The notes beneath the pieces were generated by a model. The model worked only from the letters and a program-made list of their open reading frames with translations. It was not told the DNA's origin and searched no databases. From Candidatus Latescibacterota bacterium (GTDB lineage Bacteria > Latescibacterota > UBA2968 > SICM01): a stretch of 64,000 nt of DNA. The DNA lies in the NCBI GenBank assembly GCA_965217865.1, contig CBDCJO010000002.1:5120001-5184000 (forward strand), in the 5' to 3' direction. Positions 20,527-31,314 of the stretch are shown piece by piece (position 1 is the first letter of the stretch; each line of letters opens with the position of its first letter). Made by a program: the position numbers and the translations under genes.

Positions 20527-23500
20527 TCATCCATCGAGTCGGAACAGATCTTCGACGTCCTCTTTGATAAGTACCTTGCCCAGGGCTTTGTCCACACCCA
20601 GGACGCCGTCCACAAGGTCGCGCTTCTTGCCCTGGAGCTCCAGGATCTTTTCCTCCACGGTCCCGCGGGTGATCAAGCGGTAGACAAACACGTTCCGGGT
20701 CTGTCCGATGCGATACGCCCTGTCCGTAGCCTGGTCTTCGACTGCCGGATTCCACCATGGATCATAGTGGATGACATAGTCCGCCCCCGTGAGGTTGATT
20801 CCCGTTCCCCCGGCCTTCAGGCTGATCAGGAAAAGGGGAATTTGATCTTCCCGATTGAATCGCTCGATACGGGCCTGCCGGTCGCGTGTGCGGCCGTCCA
20901 GGTATTCATATGGAATTTCCTCCGCATCCAGCCATTCCCGGATGAGCTTGAGCATGCTGACGAACTGGCTGAACAGCAACAGGCGATGACCTTCGCTGAC
21001 AATCTCGAGGACCTGTTCCTTGAGGGCGTCAAACTTTGCGGAGACGAGCAGCTTTTCAGGGACGGGGAGGCCGAGGAGTTTAGGATGGCAACAGACCTGG
21101 CGAAGCCGCAAGAGGGCGGAGAGGATCGAGATGTGACTTCTGCCGACACCCTTTCGGTCGATCTTTTCGAGCACCTCCTGGCGGACCGTTTCCAACACAT
21201 CGAGGTAAAGAGACCGTTGGTCGGGGAGAAGCGTGCAGTAGGTTGTTGTCTCTGTCTTATCCGGGAGGTCCTTTTCAACGTGCTGCTTCAAGCGCCTTAA
21301 GATGAAGGGGTGGATCCGTCTCCGCAGCCTGGCTTCGCAAGTTCGATCGCGTTCAACCTGGATGGGTTTTTCGAAGGTTTTCTGAAATTGAGGATAGCTG
21401 AGGAGAAATCCGGGCATTAAAAAGTGGAAGATCGACCATAGTTCGGAAAGACGGTTCTCAATCGGTGTGCCGGTCAGGACGAGCCGATTCTGCGCCTGGA
21501 GCTGCCGGCTCGCCCGGGCTGTTATCGAATCAGGGTTCTTGATGTTCTGGGCTTCATCCAGGATGGCGTAGCGAAAATCGAATGTTTTCAAAACCTTGAT
21601 ATCCCTGCGGAGCAAGGCATAGTTGGAGACGACCAGATCGCTTTCAGGGATCTGGTGAAATCGATCGTGTCGATCACCCCCGACCAGGGGGAGAACGGAT
21701 AGAGATGGCGTAAACCGGGCGGCTTCGGCCTGCCAGTTAAAGACCACGGACGCCGGTACGACGATAAGGGAGGGGAGGGGGCCGTCGGTCTCTTTCGCTT
21801 TCTGAATCAGGGTAAGGGCCTGGAGTGTTTTCCCGAGACCCATGTCGTCCGCGAGGATTCCCCCCAGGCCGAATTTTTGGAGGAAGTGGAGCCAGCGAAA
21901 TCCGGTAACCTGGTAGGGACGGAGGTTGGCCAAAATTCCCGCAGGGAGATCGATCTGTTCTATACCTGAAAACGATCTGAAACCTTCCATGAATTTTTGG
22001 AAAGGTTCATCCAGTTGGAGAGACCCCTCACCCTCAAGCGCGTCCAGCAGGGAGAGGGCATTGAACAGGGGAACCTTGAAGGAATTATCCTCGGAAGTCT
22101 TTGCGTCCAGATCCCTCACCGCTTCCCATACCCGCTGCACCCGTTCCTTCGGGATTTCGGCAAATGTCCCATCGTTGAGGCGGACATATTTCTTTCCCGA
22201 ACCAAGAAGCTGTGCCAGTGATTTTATGCCAAACGACTGTACCCCAGCCGCTCCCTCGGCTTCCATCGAAAACCAGTCGATCCCTTTCCCAAATCCGACG
22301 GAGACGTGAAATTCGAGCCGACTCGGCTCTAGTTTTTTCAGTCTCTCTACCCCGAAGAGGTCCCAGTCCCGGGACAGGACGGGGAGTTGGCCGCCGACAA
22401 AGTCGAGTGCGGCGTCTCCCTCGACGGACCAGGTTCCTTCCGGAGTAAGAAGAAATCCGCAGTCCTTCAGTCGATCGACAGCAGACCTTTCGGTTTCATC
22501 ATCCCGTTCTATCCAGACCGGTACGTTTCCCTCGCGAGTCGGGGGGCCGATATATGGGTTTGCGGTTTGGAAGTCGATTCGATTTCCCCCATAGTCGAAT
22601 TCAAGCCGCGCCGTAACATTGAGCCGCCGCACGTCCAGGGTGAGCACGCGCCTGGGGGTCAGGCGCCGGGATTCAACTCTTACATCTTCAGACAAGATGA
22701 CGTGCACGCCTAAAGGGGGATTTTTTATGAGATGAATTGCCAGGAGTGGAATTTCATCACCAGTCACTTCGATTTCCGATCGTCCTCCAATGCGAGCCGC
22801 CAGGCGAGCGGCATCGCGGCCGATCCTATAGAACGTGTCTTTTGTCCACGCCCAGGAAGTTCCGGACGGATAACTGGGAAAGACAGGCGTCGTCTCGAGC
22901 GGGAAATCGCCCCGGGTGCACCGCCAGGTAGGGTGCACGGCCAGTGTTCCAGGATCTTTCGGGTCCGTTTTAAGAACCAGGTGGAGGATTTCCTCGGAAA
23001 ATCCGATCGGGACCCCTGAACTCCCCATGATCACGGATTCCGACCAGCTTAACAGTTGGAGTAGAGGGCCGACTTTTTCGTGTCTTACAAAATGCCATTC
23101 CTTTTTCCCTTTCTGCCCCTCGTAATTCCGGTCGGCGTTGTTCAGGAGATAGCGCACAATGACCTCGTCATGACCTCCGATCTCCTGAACCGGGGGGTCC
23201 CCCAGGGAGTTGTAAGAGTGTTCCCAACCGATCAGGGACTGGAGGTTTTTTATGGGATTTTCCGAGGGAAGGGAAAGGACCGACACCCGCAGCCCATCCT
23301 GATCGGATTCCAGAGCATAGGAATAGCTATGCGTGTCTTGGTCTACAGGTTCCGTCTGATCCGGTTTGTTCACAAAGGAGGAAAGATCGAGGGAAAGGGG
23401 AGGGCTTGCCGGGGCGGGATAAGCGATGGGGTGCGAACTCGCATCACGCGAAAAAAGGGGATCTTGTGGAAAAGGTCCCAGAAATTCTATGGCCAGGGCA

Positions 23501-23814
23501 ACTGCGTGCTTGCACCAGACGGTATCGTGGGGACAATTGCATTCTATCTGGATTTTGCCGTCATCTTCCGGTTTGATCCGGACTTTATAAGGCTTTCCAC
23601 GGCTTCCTTGCACACGCCCTTCGACCCTTCCGTCCATTTCCTCGCAAGAGAGAACCGCACCTCCCTGATGAAAGGTGGTCCCTCGTTTAAGTACCAGATC
23701 CGGAACGTGACGATGAAGATAGGCGAATGTGATCTGTGGCATGCCTTCCAGGTTCGGAAAATTTAGGTTTTCAGTTAAGTCGCGAAAGATAGCAGAAAGG
23801 GACGATAGTGTCAA
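20527..23814 (-). CDS. SWIM zinc finger plus SNF2-family helicase
   Basis: CNCP..CKH, LADDMGLGKT, DEAQNIKN, TGTPIEN, QATDRAYRIGQ; start may be ATG 23742. Confidence 0.95.
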   Translation of the reverse strand: MTLSSLSAIFRDLTENLNFPNLEGMPQITFAYLHRHVPDLVLKRGTTFHQGGAVLSCEEMDGRVEGRVQGSRGKPYKVRIKPEDDGKIQIECNCPHDTVWCKHAVALAIEFLGPFPQDPLFSRDASSHPIAYPAPASPPLSLDLSSFVNKPDQTEPVDQDTHSYSYALESDQDGLRVSVLSLPSENPIKNLQSLIGWEHSYNSLGDPPVQEIGGHDEVIVRYLLNNADRNYEGQKGKKEWHFVRHEKVGPLLQLLSWSESVIMGSSGVPIGFSEEILHLVLKTDPKDPGTLAVHPTWRCTRGDFPLETTPVFPSYPSGTSWAWTKDTFYRIGRDAARLAARIGGRSEIEVTGDEIPLLAIHLIKNPPLGVHVILSEDVRVESRRLTPRRVLTLDVRRLNVTARLEFDYGGNRIDFQTANPYIGPPTREGNVPVWIERDDETERSAVDRLKDCGFLLTPEGTWSVEGDAALDFVGGQLPVLSRDWDLFGVERLKKLEPSRLEFHVSVGFGKGIDWFSMEAEGAAGVQSFGIKSLAQLLGSGKKYVRLNDGTFAEIPKERVQRVWEAVRDLDAKTSEDNSFKVPLFNALSLLDALEGEGSLQLDEPFQKFMEGFRSFSGIEQIDLPAGILANLRPYQVTGFRWLHFLQKFGLGGILADDMGLGKTLQALTLIQKAKETDGPLPSLIVVPASVVFNWQAEAARFTPSLSVLPLVGGDRHDRFHQIPESDLVVSNYALLRRDIKVLKTFDFRYAILDEAQNIKNPDSITARASRQLQAQNRLVLTGTPIENRLSELWSIFHFLMPGFLLSYPQFQKTFEKPIQVERDRTCEARLRRRIHPFILRRLKQHVEKDLPDKTETTTYCTLLPDQRSLYLDVLETVRQEVLEKIDRKGVGRSHISILSALLRLRQVCCHPKLLGLPVPEKLLVSAKFDALKEQVLEIVSEGHRLLLFSQFVSMLKLIREWLDAEEIPYEYLDGRTRDRQARIERFNREDQIPLFLISLKAGGTGINLTGADYVIHYDPWWNPAVEDQATDRAYRIGQTRNVFVYRLITRGTVEEKILELQGKKRDLVDGVLGVDKALGKVLIKEDVEDLFRLDG

Positions 23815-24407
23815 GTAGGGTCGGGGATGGATACACCCTGTTTATCCGCAAGATCGCAGAACTCCTCCCAGGTGGACAATTCCAGTGGAATTCCCTTCTT
23901 GAGCCGGATTTCCCGAATTCTCCTCGACCGTTCTCCCGGGACCAACACCTCTGAAAATCCGTCAGCCGGTCTGCTTTGTTTAACGTGTCTGATAAAATCG
24001 TCCAATTGATCCTGAAATGCTTCCAAGGGAAGGAAGAAATCTACGTTGATCGAAATCAAAATGTGACCCACACCCCCGGAACCCGGATGATCCCCGCGTT
24101 CTGCAAGGCCGCACAGGATTCCGAGCATCAGGGCCAATCCGGATCCTTTATGTCCTGAGAGGCTCCCTCCCAGGGGTTGGATCGCCCCTTTGTTGGCCGA
24201 GAGGTCCGTGAAAGGATCCGTCGTGGGGCGACCCTGTTCATCCAGCAGCCATCCTTCAGGGCACGCCTCTTGTTTGGACCGCTGAACCATGATTTTTCCC
24301 CAACCCGTCGAACTGACCGACATATCAAGTTCCGCGAGTTCCTCCCCGGGGGTGGGAACCGAGATGGCCAGGGCGTTCACGCAGATCCGACCATCGGAGC
24401 CCCCATA

Positions 24408-25935
24408 GCAGCCCGTTGAAGAACTACCTTTCAACGCACATAAACGGAAAAGACGCCTGGAGTGCGGGTCAGATAAATCAAGGTAAGGAGATTGAGCAGG
24501 AGACGCTGATAAGAGGTTAAAAAGGTAACCGAGGGCAGCAAACGTGATTGTAGGACGAGCAGTAGACGCTGCAAGGCCTTGGCCAGGTCCTGGAGGGCCT
24601 TCGGAGTACCTACGCCCATCACTTTGCGCATGAGCAGAGCCAGGTTGCAGCCCCCGATGTGGATCAGCAAACGCTTGAGGATATTGCCGCGGTCTCTCAA
24701 GTGCAACCTGCGCATGCCACCGGTATCATATGTGTGAGCGATGGTTCTTTCCACCCGTTCTGCACGACTTCGGCGCAAGGCCTTGCCGCGATCTCCCTTG
24801 ATCCGGCGTCGATTCGCATATACCGCGGCCTGCTCATCTCGTCGGCCGTTCCACTTGCGGCGTCCCCGATCCGGTTCTGAAATGTAACTCCGGATGCCGC
24901 CTTGCTTCAGACTGGTCAATACATCGTTGCTATGATATCCTTTGTCCGCAACCACCTCCCGTATACGCTGTCTGTGCAAACGTTTGGCAGCTTTTTCGTC
25001 CTTCGCGACCTGCTTGAGATTGAGCGGCGCCTCGAGCAGCGTCCAGGGCAACGACTCGGTATCTCCTTCATCTGCTCCCGACAACGCCACTGCCACAATG
25101 GCATTGGTGTCCAGATCCACCGCGTGCTCCACCTTGTGCGCCATGTGCGTGCGACCGTCCTTCATCTTAGCGATCTTGGCATCCGGGTCGTGCGGGTGCT
25201 CCCAGTCCTGGTTCGATCCCTTCTTCGGTCGCTTCTTATCGATCTTGGACAAGTCCTCGCGGGTAGGCGTTTCAATGCCCGAGGCCTTGGCCAGATTCTC
25301 AAGGAATGCCTGGTAGCCTTCACCCGTGTCACGGCGTACAATGCTGCGCATCGCGGCGTTGGCCTCCAGTGTCGTAGCATCCACGCCCAACGTCTTCCCC
25401 TTCACCAGACCCGCTTTGCACAAGACCCTCAGGATCCACTTGAAAACCGCTTCGTGAACTTCCAAGGGAAGCCGATGCCGGATGCGAGACAGGCTGGAAT
25501 GATCCGGGGTCTGTTCGTCAAGGGCATACCCCAAAAACCGGCGCAACGTCAGCGAGTCAGATACACGCCATTCGATCCCACGTTCCGAATCAAGTCCCTC
25601 GAAATACCCAATCAAAAGCATCCGAAAATAAACCCCGGGCGGAATGCCCTTGCGACCCATATGAGGAGCGTAATACCGCTGGCAAAGCCCCTCGACGAAC
25701 TCGTCGAAGCCGTTCGCCCCCAATACCTGATTCAGCTTCTCGTAGAACGGATGACCCGGAGATTTCACCAAAGTGTTCGATGCGATGAACAGGTTTTCCT
25801 GTCTCTGTCGGCCTCGTTTTCCCATTGCCATTTGCTCGTCCTCCCTTCTCAGTTTGAACCTGATATATCATAGGACCAAACCACAAGGAAAGACAACAGT
25901 CATCTTGGCATAAACGCACTTTTTCAACAGGCTGC
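24408..25935 (-). mobile_element. IS1182/IS5-like insertion sequence, 1528 bp
   Basis: TIRs GCAGCCCGTTGAAGAA (24408-24423) and TTTTTCAACAGGCTGC (25920-25935); TA duplication at 24406-7 and 25936-7. Confidence 0.92.
24431..25831 (-). CDS. IS1182-like DDE transposase
   Basis: GRKGIPP..PDHSSLSR (DUF772-like), VDATTLEANA, VADKGY, RVERTIAH. Confidence 0.9.
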   Translation of the reverse strand: MAMGKRGRQRQENLFIASNTLVKSPGHPFYEKLNQVLGANGFDEFVEGLCQRYYAPHMGRKGIPPGVYFRMLLIGYFEGLDSERGIEWRVSDSLTLRRFLGYALDEQTPDHSSLSRIRHRLPLEVHEAVFKWILRVLCKAGLVKGKTLGVDATTLEANAAMRSIVRRDTGEGYQAFLENLAKASGIETPTREDLSKIDKKRPKKGSNQDWEHPHDPDAKIAKMKDGRTHMAHKVEHAVDLDTNAIVAVALSGADEGDTESLPWTLLEAPLNLKQVAKDEKAAKRLHRQRIREVVADKGYHSNDVLTSLKQGGIRSYISEPDRGRRKWNGRRDEQAAVYANRRRIKGDRGKALRRSRAERVERTIAHTYDTGGMRRLHLRDRGNILKRLLIHIGGCNLALLMRKVMGVGTPKALQDLAKALQRLLLVLQSRLLPSVTFLTSYQRLLLNLLTLIYLTRTPGVFSVYVR

Positions 25936-26439
25936 TAGGGGGCTACCTTTCCGCGTCGACCTCCCAGGAGGACGATCCCGATTCTACCCCGATTTGCGGC
26001 CATCGCTGAGTAATAGGCAAGTCGTCCTGTATGTCCACAATTTGTGATTGTGACAATTCCGATCGGGTTCTGAATCGATTTTTCAATTGCACGATTCATC
26101 CCTTCAGACATCACCACCTGCCCGAAGCCCCGGTTTCCATCCATTTTCGCAGAAGAATCGGTTTCGTTATAGACCTTGATCCCGGCACCCGGGACAAGGT
26201 TGCCACGACGGATTTCTTTCACGTAGGGGGGGACCCGGAGGACCCCGTGGGAGTCGTGGCCGGCCAGGTTGGCCTCAACCAGGCAATCCGCCACGGTTTC
26301 CGCCTCGGAGCGGGGTGCACCCGCGGCGACGAAGACGTCGCTTGTGAATTTTTTGAGGTTTCCTGCTTTGATCCTTGGCATTGTGGAAATGAGAAGACTC
26401 TTTTAATGTCCCTTCAACATCCACCTTTGTCCTTCGCAG

Positions 26440-27618
26440 CTATTTCTTCCAGGCCATATGTATTTCACGTCTGACCTCTTCGACTTCGTCTTCCTCACGA
26501 CTTACAAATACAGCCGCGAATATCCTGTCGTTTTTAAAATATCTGGCGACAAAGGTATCCTCTGAGAGCTTTCCAGTAAAATCGACCCGATCGGGTTGAT
26601 GGTCGAAATCCCCAAGAAATTCAAACTCCAGATCGAAAAGGTCGCTGAAAAAGTAGGGTATCTCCCGGTATTCGACGCGTTTTTCGGCCATATTGGCCCC
26701 AGCGGCTTCGCCGTGTCCCTTTGCCGTTTCAAAATGTTCCACCCTGCGGCGTTTATCGAAGATCGTATCCTGATACCAGGCAATGTCCCCCGCAGCATAT
26801 ATCCCAGGGATCTCGGTTTCCAGATACTCGTTCACGGGGATCCCGTTATCCCCTTCAAGCCGCGTGCCTTCGACCAGGGTAAGATCCGGGCGAACGCCTA
26901 TTCCAAGGGCAACCATATCGGAATTCAATTCCTCTCCGGATTTGAGGACGCTCTTCTCCACTTTTCCACCCCCGCGAAATTCCGCCACCTGAGCACGGTT
27001 CTTCAGGGAAATCCCTTTTTTACGATAATAGTTTTCCAGCCAGCTCGAAATTTCCGGACTCAACATCCGATCCCACACGGCATTCTCCATGTAGACAAGT
27101 GTCACCTCCAGACCCCGTTGCTGAAATGCGGAGGCGAGTTCGAGTCCGATAAATCCCCCTCCCACAACTGTGACGCGCTTAGCTGTCCGGCTGGCTTCAA
27201 TCAGATTTTCGGAATCGGGTATCGTCCGAAGATAGTAGATCCCCTCCAAATCCGAACCGGGAACCTCGAGCCGGATTATATTGGCGCCGGTAGCCAAAAG
27301 AAGCTTTTCGCATTCGACGGTTTCCCCGGAGGTTAGGGTTACTTTTCGGCCGAGATCCAGGGTGGTGGCTCCGATCCCCTTGAGAATTGAGACATCGTTT
27401 TCATCGTACCAGTCCGCCTCGTGATGAACGATGTCCGAAGCCTCCCAATCTCCCTCGATCAGATATTTTTTTGAAAGGGGCGGCCTGTGGTATGGATAAT
27501 ATGGCTCACTGCTGACGATTTGGATAGAACCCTGCTGATCGTGTTCACGGATGCTCTGGGCGGCACTGGCCGCTGCCAACCCACCTCCTATGATAAGATA
27601 CTGGACCTTCTGATCCAT
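26440..27618 (-). CDS. FAD-dependent pyridine nucleotide-disulfide oxidoreductase (ferredoxin-reductase-like)
   Basis: GGGLAA, YHRPPLSK, GGGFIGLE, YAAGD, RVEH, PYFFSD. Confidence 0.9.
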   Translation of the reverse strand: MDQKVQYLIIGGGLAAASAAQSIREHDQQGSIQIVSSEPYYPYHRPPLSKKYLIEGDWEASDIVHHEADWYDENDVSILKGIGATTLDLGRKVTLTSGETVECEKLLLATGANIIRLEVPGSDLEGIYYLRTIPDSENLIEASRTAKRVTVVGGGFIGLELASAFQQRGLEVTLVYMENAVWDRMLSPEISSWLENYYRKKGISLKNRAQVAEFRGGGKVEKSVLKSGEELNSDMVALGIGVRPDLTLVEGTRLEGDNGIPVNEYLETEIPGIYAAGDIAWYQDTIFDKRRRVEHFETAKGHGEAAGANMAEKRVEYREIPYFFSDLFDLEFEFLGDFDHQPDRVDFTGKLSEDTFVARYFKNDRIFAAVFVSREEDEVEEVRREIHMAWKK

Positions 27619-27645
27619 ATCACCTCCGGTCTGTGGATTGATCCT

Positions 27646-28401
27646 TTACTTTGCCAAATAACCGCCGTCCACGACCATTGTCTCGCCTGTCATAAATGAA
27701 GACGCATCTGAGCACAACCATACGGCGGCGTTTGCGATCTCCTCGGGATTTCCTATCCGCCCGATCGGCTGCCGGTTCAGGACCCGTTCCCTGTTCTCCG
27801 GATCCTCCAGGGCTTTCTGATTCATCGGCGTGAGGACATAACCAGGACACAAGGCGTTAATCCGGATCCCCATTGGGCCGTATTCGATAGCTGCGGCCCT
27901 GGTCAAACCGACCACACCGTGTTTGCTCGCGGTATAGGCCGAAAAATTCTGAAGACCGGCGATTCCCCCCACGGATGCGTTGTTGACGATAACGCCTCCA
28001 CCGGCTTTCAAAACCTGGGGGATCTCATACTTCATACACCGCCAGACGCCTTTAAGATTGATCTCGATTGTGTTGTCCCAATCCTCTTCAGTACACTCCG
28101 CCGTGGGCATACCACGGCTTATGACCCCCGCGTTGTTGAAGGCGCAATCCAGACGTCCGTATGTTTCCACGGCACGATCGACCAATCCTTTCACATCGGC
28201 TTCCACCGTGACATCCCCCCTCACGAAGACCGCGTCGCCACCTTCGGTTTTGATCAGAGCCGAGGTCTCCCGACCCTCTTGATCCCTCCGGGCAGAAACC
28301 ACGACTTTGGCGCCTTCCCTTCCAAAAGCAAGTGCGGAAGCCCTTCCAATACCTGAGCTTCCACCCGTCACCAGGATGACTTTCCCCTCTAAACATCCCA
28401 T
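27646..28401 (-). CDS. Classical short-chain dehydrogenase/reductase
   Basis: TGGSSGIG, NNAG, YTASKH. Confidence 0.93.
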   Translation of the reverse strand: MGCLEGKVILVTGGSSGIGRASALAFGREGAKVVVSARRDQEGRETSALIKTEGGDAVFVRGDVTVEADVKGLVDRAVETYGRLDCAFNNAGVISRGMPTAECTEEDWDNTIEINLKGVWRCMKYEIPQVLKAGGGVIVNNASVGGIAGLQNFSAYTASKHGVVGLTRAAAIEYGPMGIRINALCPGYVLTPMNQKALEDPENRERVLNRQPIGRIGNPEEIANAAVWLCSDASSFMTGETMVVDGGYLAK

Positions 28402-28503
28402 CGCATTTCCACCCTATGCCGATATCAAGCTTGTGAGCACGGCCCACTGCACCCATACCCAAGGGGCAGTCTTTTCTACCAGACGATCGAGGCAATGCCC
28501 TCG

Positions 28504-29466
28504 CTATTCGTAACGCCCGGGATTTTGCTTTAGTTCGTTCAGGAAATCGTCAACGATTCGCGCTTGATCGTACTCTGGCTCCCAGCCCCATTCCCCCCTC
28601 GCGTTGCTGTCGTCTATGGGTAGAATCAGTTTATCCAGAATATCCTGTATCTCCGGATCCGGTTTGAAATCGATCCGCGCATCGGGCAGCCTGGCCCTCA
28701 CCATCTCTGACAATTCCGCCGCACTCGCCACGGGCGGTGCACCCGAAACCAGATAGTTGACGGTACGGATCTTTTCGACGGGCGCTTTCCCCAGCGTTAC
28801 GATCGCCCGTGCCGCATCTTTCACGTATATCACAGGGATTCTTGTGTCCGGCCTCACCCACACGGTGAATGGATTCCCTTTCGAGCTCTCCTCGATGACC
28901 CAGCTGTTGTACTGGGCAACTCCCCGCGTCTTCACCCCGGGTCCGACGATGGATGGATATCGAATGCCCCTGAAATCGAGGCCGAATTTCTTCTTGAAAA
29001 AAAGTCCCATATGCTCTCCAAATAATTTCGTGGCCCCGTAAATCAATTGGGGACGCTGGAGGGTGTAATCGTTGACAGATTCCTCCCGAATATCGAGTCC
29101 GTAGGTGGCGTGGGTGCTCGAGAAGAGGACTTTCTGAACCCCGAATTGTCTGGCGGCTTCCAAAACGTGAAAAGTTCCCAGGGCGTTCGTTCGGATTGCG
29201 GCAACGTGATCGGCATCCGAGGGCACGGAGAGCATACCGCCCAGATGATAGATCACCCTGGGCCGGATATGTTTCACAAGATCCAATACCCCATCGAAGT
29301 TCCCTAAATCCCCCTGAACGATTTCTAAGTGATTCGAGGAATCAACGAGCCTTTTTGTCGAGGGGTTGAGGTCAAACAGAACCAGCTTTTCCTCTCCCTG
29401 TTCCATCAAGAGGTGAACCACTTCGGCCCCGGTAAACCCTGTGCCTCCAGTGATCAGCGTGGCCAT
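28504..29466 (-). CDS. NAD-dependent epimerase/dehydratase (extended SDR, L-threonine-dehydrogenase-like)
   Basis: TGGTGFTG, YGATK, DFRGIRYP; GGAG RBS before ATG 29466. Confidence 0.85.
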   Translation of the reverse strand: MATLITGGTGFTGAEVVHLLMEQGEEKLVLFDLNPSTKRLVDSSNHLEIVQGDLGNFDGVLDLVKHIRPRVIYHLGGMLSVPSDADHVAAIRTNALGTFHVLEAARQFGVQKVLFSSTHATYGLDIREESVNDYTLQRPQLIYGATKLFGEHMGLFFKKKFGLDFRGIRYPSIVGPGVKTRGVAQYNSWVIEESSKGNPFTVWVRPDTRIPVIYVKDAARAIVTLGKAPVEKIRTVNYLVSGAPPVASAAELSEMVRARLPDARIDFKPDPEIQDILDKLILPIDDSNARGEWGWEPEYDQARIVDDFLNELKQNPGRYE

Positions 29467-29885
29467 CGTCATCTCCGGGTCAGTAAAAGACCAAAGTGGG
29501 CTCGGTTTTGAAGTTCCGAACTCGGCGACATAGAAACAAAAGCAAGAAGCATCCAACGATTTCCAATTCGACCAAACGTATGAAAAATACTTTCATCCAC
29601 AGAAAGGCACCGGGAAATGTACCGCCTCTTTTTTGGGGAATTCATGGCGGGCACCGAATTTGCGGGGATATGAGTGAAGTCTCATTAATGTATTGAAAGA
29701 CGAGAGGGGAGCTTTTAAGAATTCGCGAAGTTCAGGGAAGAAGGAACCCGGTCAAGAAGGAAGAAAGTCGATCTGCACTCAAAAGGGAGACGATGAAAAG
29801 CTACAATGTATTCTCAGAGCCTGAAATTAATTCTTTTCCTGACATTTTCTTTTGCTTTGCACACTTTTTGGAATGTCGTCTTGCT

Positions 29886-29940
29886 CCCTCACCCCGCCTC
29901 GCAAGCTCGGCACCCCTCTCCCGTGTGCCGGGAGAGGGGA
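29886..29940 (+). repeat. REP-like element CCCTCACCCC..CTCTCCC..GGGAGAGGGG
   Basis: Near-identical copy at 41920-41974; inverted relative at 30012-30080. Confidence 0.8.
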
Positions 29941-30011
29941 AGATCGAATGATCTAATCTAATTGTTTTGAAGGAAAAGAAGAGATCCTCAATATATTGAA
30001 AATGAATGCCG

Positions 30012-30080
30012 TCCCCTTCTTCTGCGGAGCCTGTCCTGAGCTCGTCGAAGGACGGGAGAAGGGGATACAGGGGATGAGGG
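30012..30080 (-). repeat. REP hairpin with a second element nested in its loop
   Basis: CCCCTTCT..[CTGTCCTGAGCTCGTCGAAGGA 30031-30052]..AGAAGGGG..GGGGATGAGGG. Confidence 0.75.
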
Positions 30081-30177
30081 CGTTAAAACTGACATCCTTC
30101 GCTTGAAAGCAGTACCAAATTCAAGGTTAATTCTGTAACACCCACTTAAAAGGGAGACGATGAAAAGTGTTGTTCCG

Positions 30178-31314
30178 TCACTTCTTCGGGATCTCTTTTT
30201 TTCTTTTCTTGAAGGCCTTAAAAGTATCATTCATATTGTCCAAGAGCTCACCGCGCCGGTCGTAGAGCCGTTTAAGGGGCCGATTTCCCCGACGGGTAAG
30301 GGCATAAGCGGTGAGGATCGGGAGAGCGATGGTGGAGTCACAGTAACATACGATGCTGTCGGGGAGGGAGGAGGGTTCGACCTTTCCCCAGCTGACGGCC
30401 TCATCGGGCGTGGCCCCTGAGAGGCCCCCCGTATCGGGTCGGGCATCCGTGATCTGTGCAAAGTAATCGAATCCCTCATCCGAAAAGCCCAGGACTTCCT
30501 GAATATAAGGCTCGGTTTGGAGCAGGAAATTCTTTGGGGAACCGCCACCCAGGATGAAGGCTGCGCTTTTACCTCCGGAGTCCTTCGCATCCAGGACGAT
30601 GGCGGATGTTTCATTGACATCGACGGAGGGATCGAACTGAAGCTTGTTACCTTCGAGGGCTTTTTCAGAGACGTTCATGCCTATGGAGGAATCCCCGGGG
30701 CTGGAGGTATAGACAGGTACGCCGCACCGATAGGTGGCTGAGAGAAAACTCTTTTGCTCCAGTCCGAGCGCGCGTTCCCGTTCGGCCACATAACGGCCGA
30801 AAAGATGGTGGAATTCCGCGGTGCCCATCGTCTTCTGGAACTCCGGAGCGGTAATGACCTCCTGATAGAAGATATCCGTCGAGACCAGGACCTGGTTGTC
30901 GAACAGAATATCGTATATGCGGATTATCTTTTCTTTCCTCAACTCAACGTCGTCCTGGAAGGGACTTCCCTGGTGCATGGACATCCCGAGGCCGAAGTGG
31001 GTGTCGTGGTAGAGGTTGGCTCCGGTGCTGACGATCCAGTCGATCATCCCGGATTCGATCAGCGGGATTAGACAGCTCATGCCTAGGCCCGCGGGAGAGA
31101 GGGCTCCCGAAAGGCTCAGGCCAACGGTGACGTCCTCCGCAAGCATTTTATCCGTGAAAAGCCGGCATATCTCACGGAGACGTCCCGCGTTATAGGCCAG
31201 GAAGGTCTGATCAACCAGATCGGGAACCGTCGTCCCCAGGCCGATGGGTTGCGGTTGAATGGGATCTCCGTTTAAAAAAGGCCTGGATTCCGTTTTGCGA
31301 TCGTGGTTTTTCAT
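30178..31314 (-). CDS. Deoxyhypusine synthase-like protein (possible homospermidine synthase)
   Basis: [45 protein letters not shown]; start at ATG 31314 in a TGATG overlap. Confidence 0.9.
   Translation of the reverse strand: MKNHDRKTESRPFLNGDPIQPQPIGLGTTVPDLVDQTFLAYNAGRLREICRLFTDKMLAEDVTVGLSLSGALSPAGLGMSCLIPLIESGMIDWIVSTGANLYHDTHFGLGMSMHQGSPFQDDVELRKEKIIRIYDILFDNQVLVSTDIFYQEVITAPEFQKTMGTAEFHHLFGRYVAERERALGLEQKSFLSATYRCGVPVYTSSPGDSSIGMNVSEKALEGNKLQFDPSVDVNETSAIVLDAKDSGGKSAAFILGGGSPKNFLLQTEPYIQEVLGFSDEGFDYFAQITDARPDTGGLSGATPDEAVSWGKVEPSSLPDSIVCYCDSTIALPILTAYALTRRGNRPLKRLYDRRGELLDNMNDTFKAFKKRKKEIPKK

Larger units (their letters stand above)
23811..26381 (-). pseudogene. Ldh_2 (malate/L-sulfolactate-type) dehydrogenase split by an IS
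   Basis: N-half has GHDSHG and HTGRL..KVAP; C-half has YGGSDGRICVNAL..GHKGSGL..PGE; halves rejoin in frame when 24408-25935 and one TA are removed. Confidence 0.92.

Noticed and set aside
20527-23814. SNF2 helicase as part of a defence system
   Set aside because: Ordinary SWIM-SNF2 architecture with metabolic neighbours and no nuclease or methylase partners
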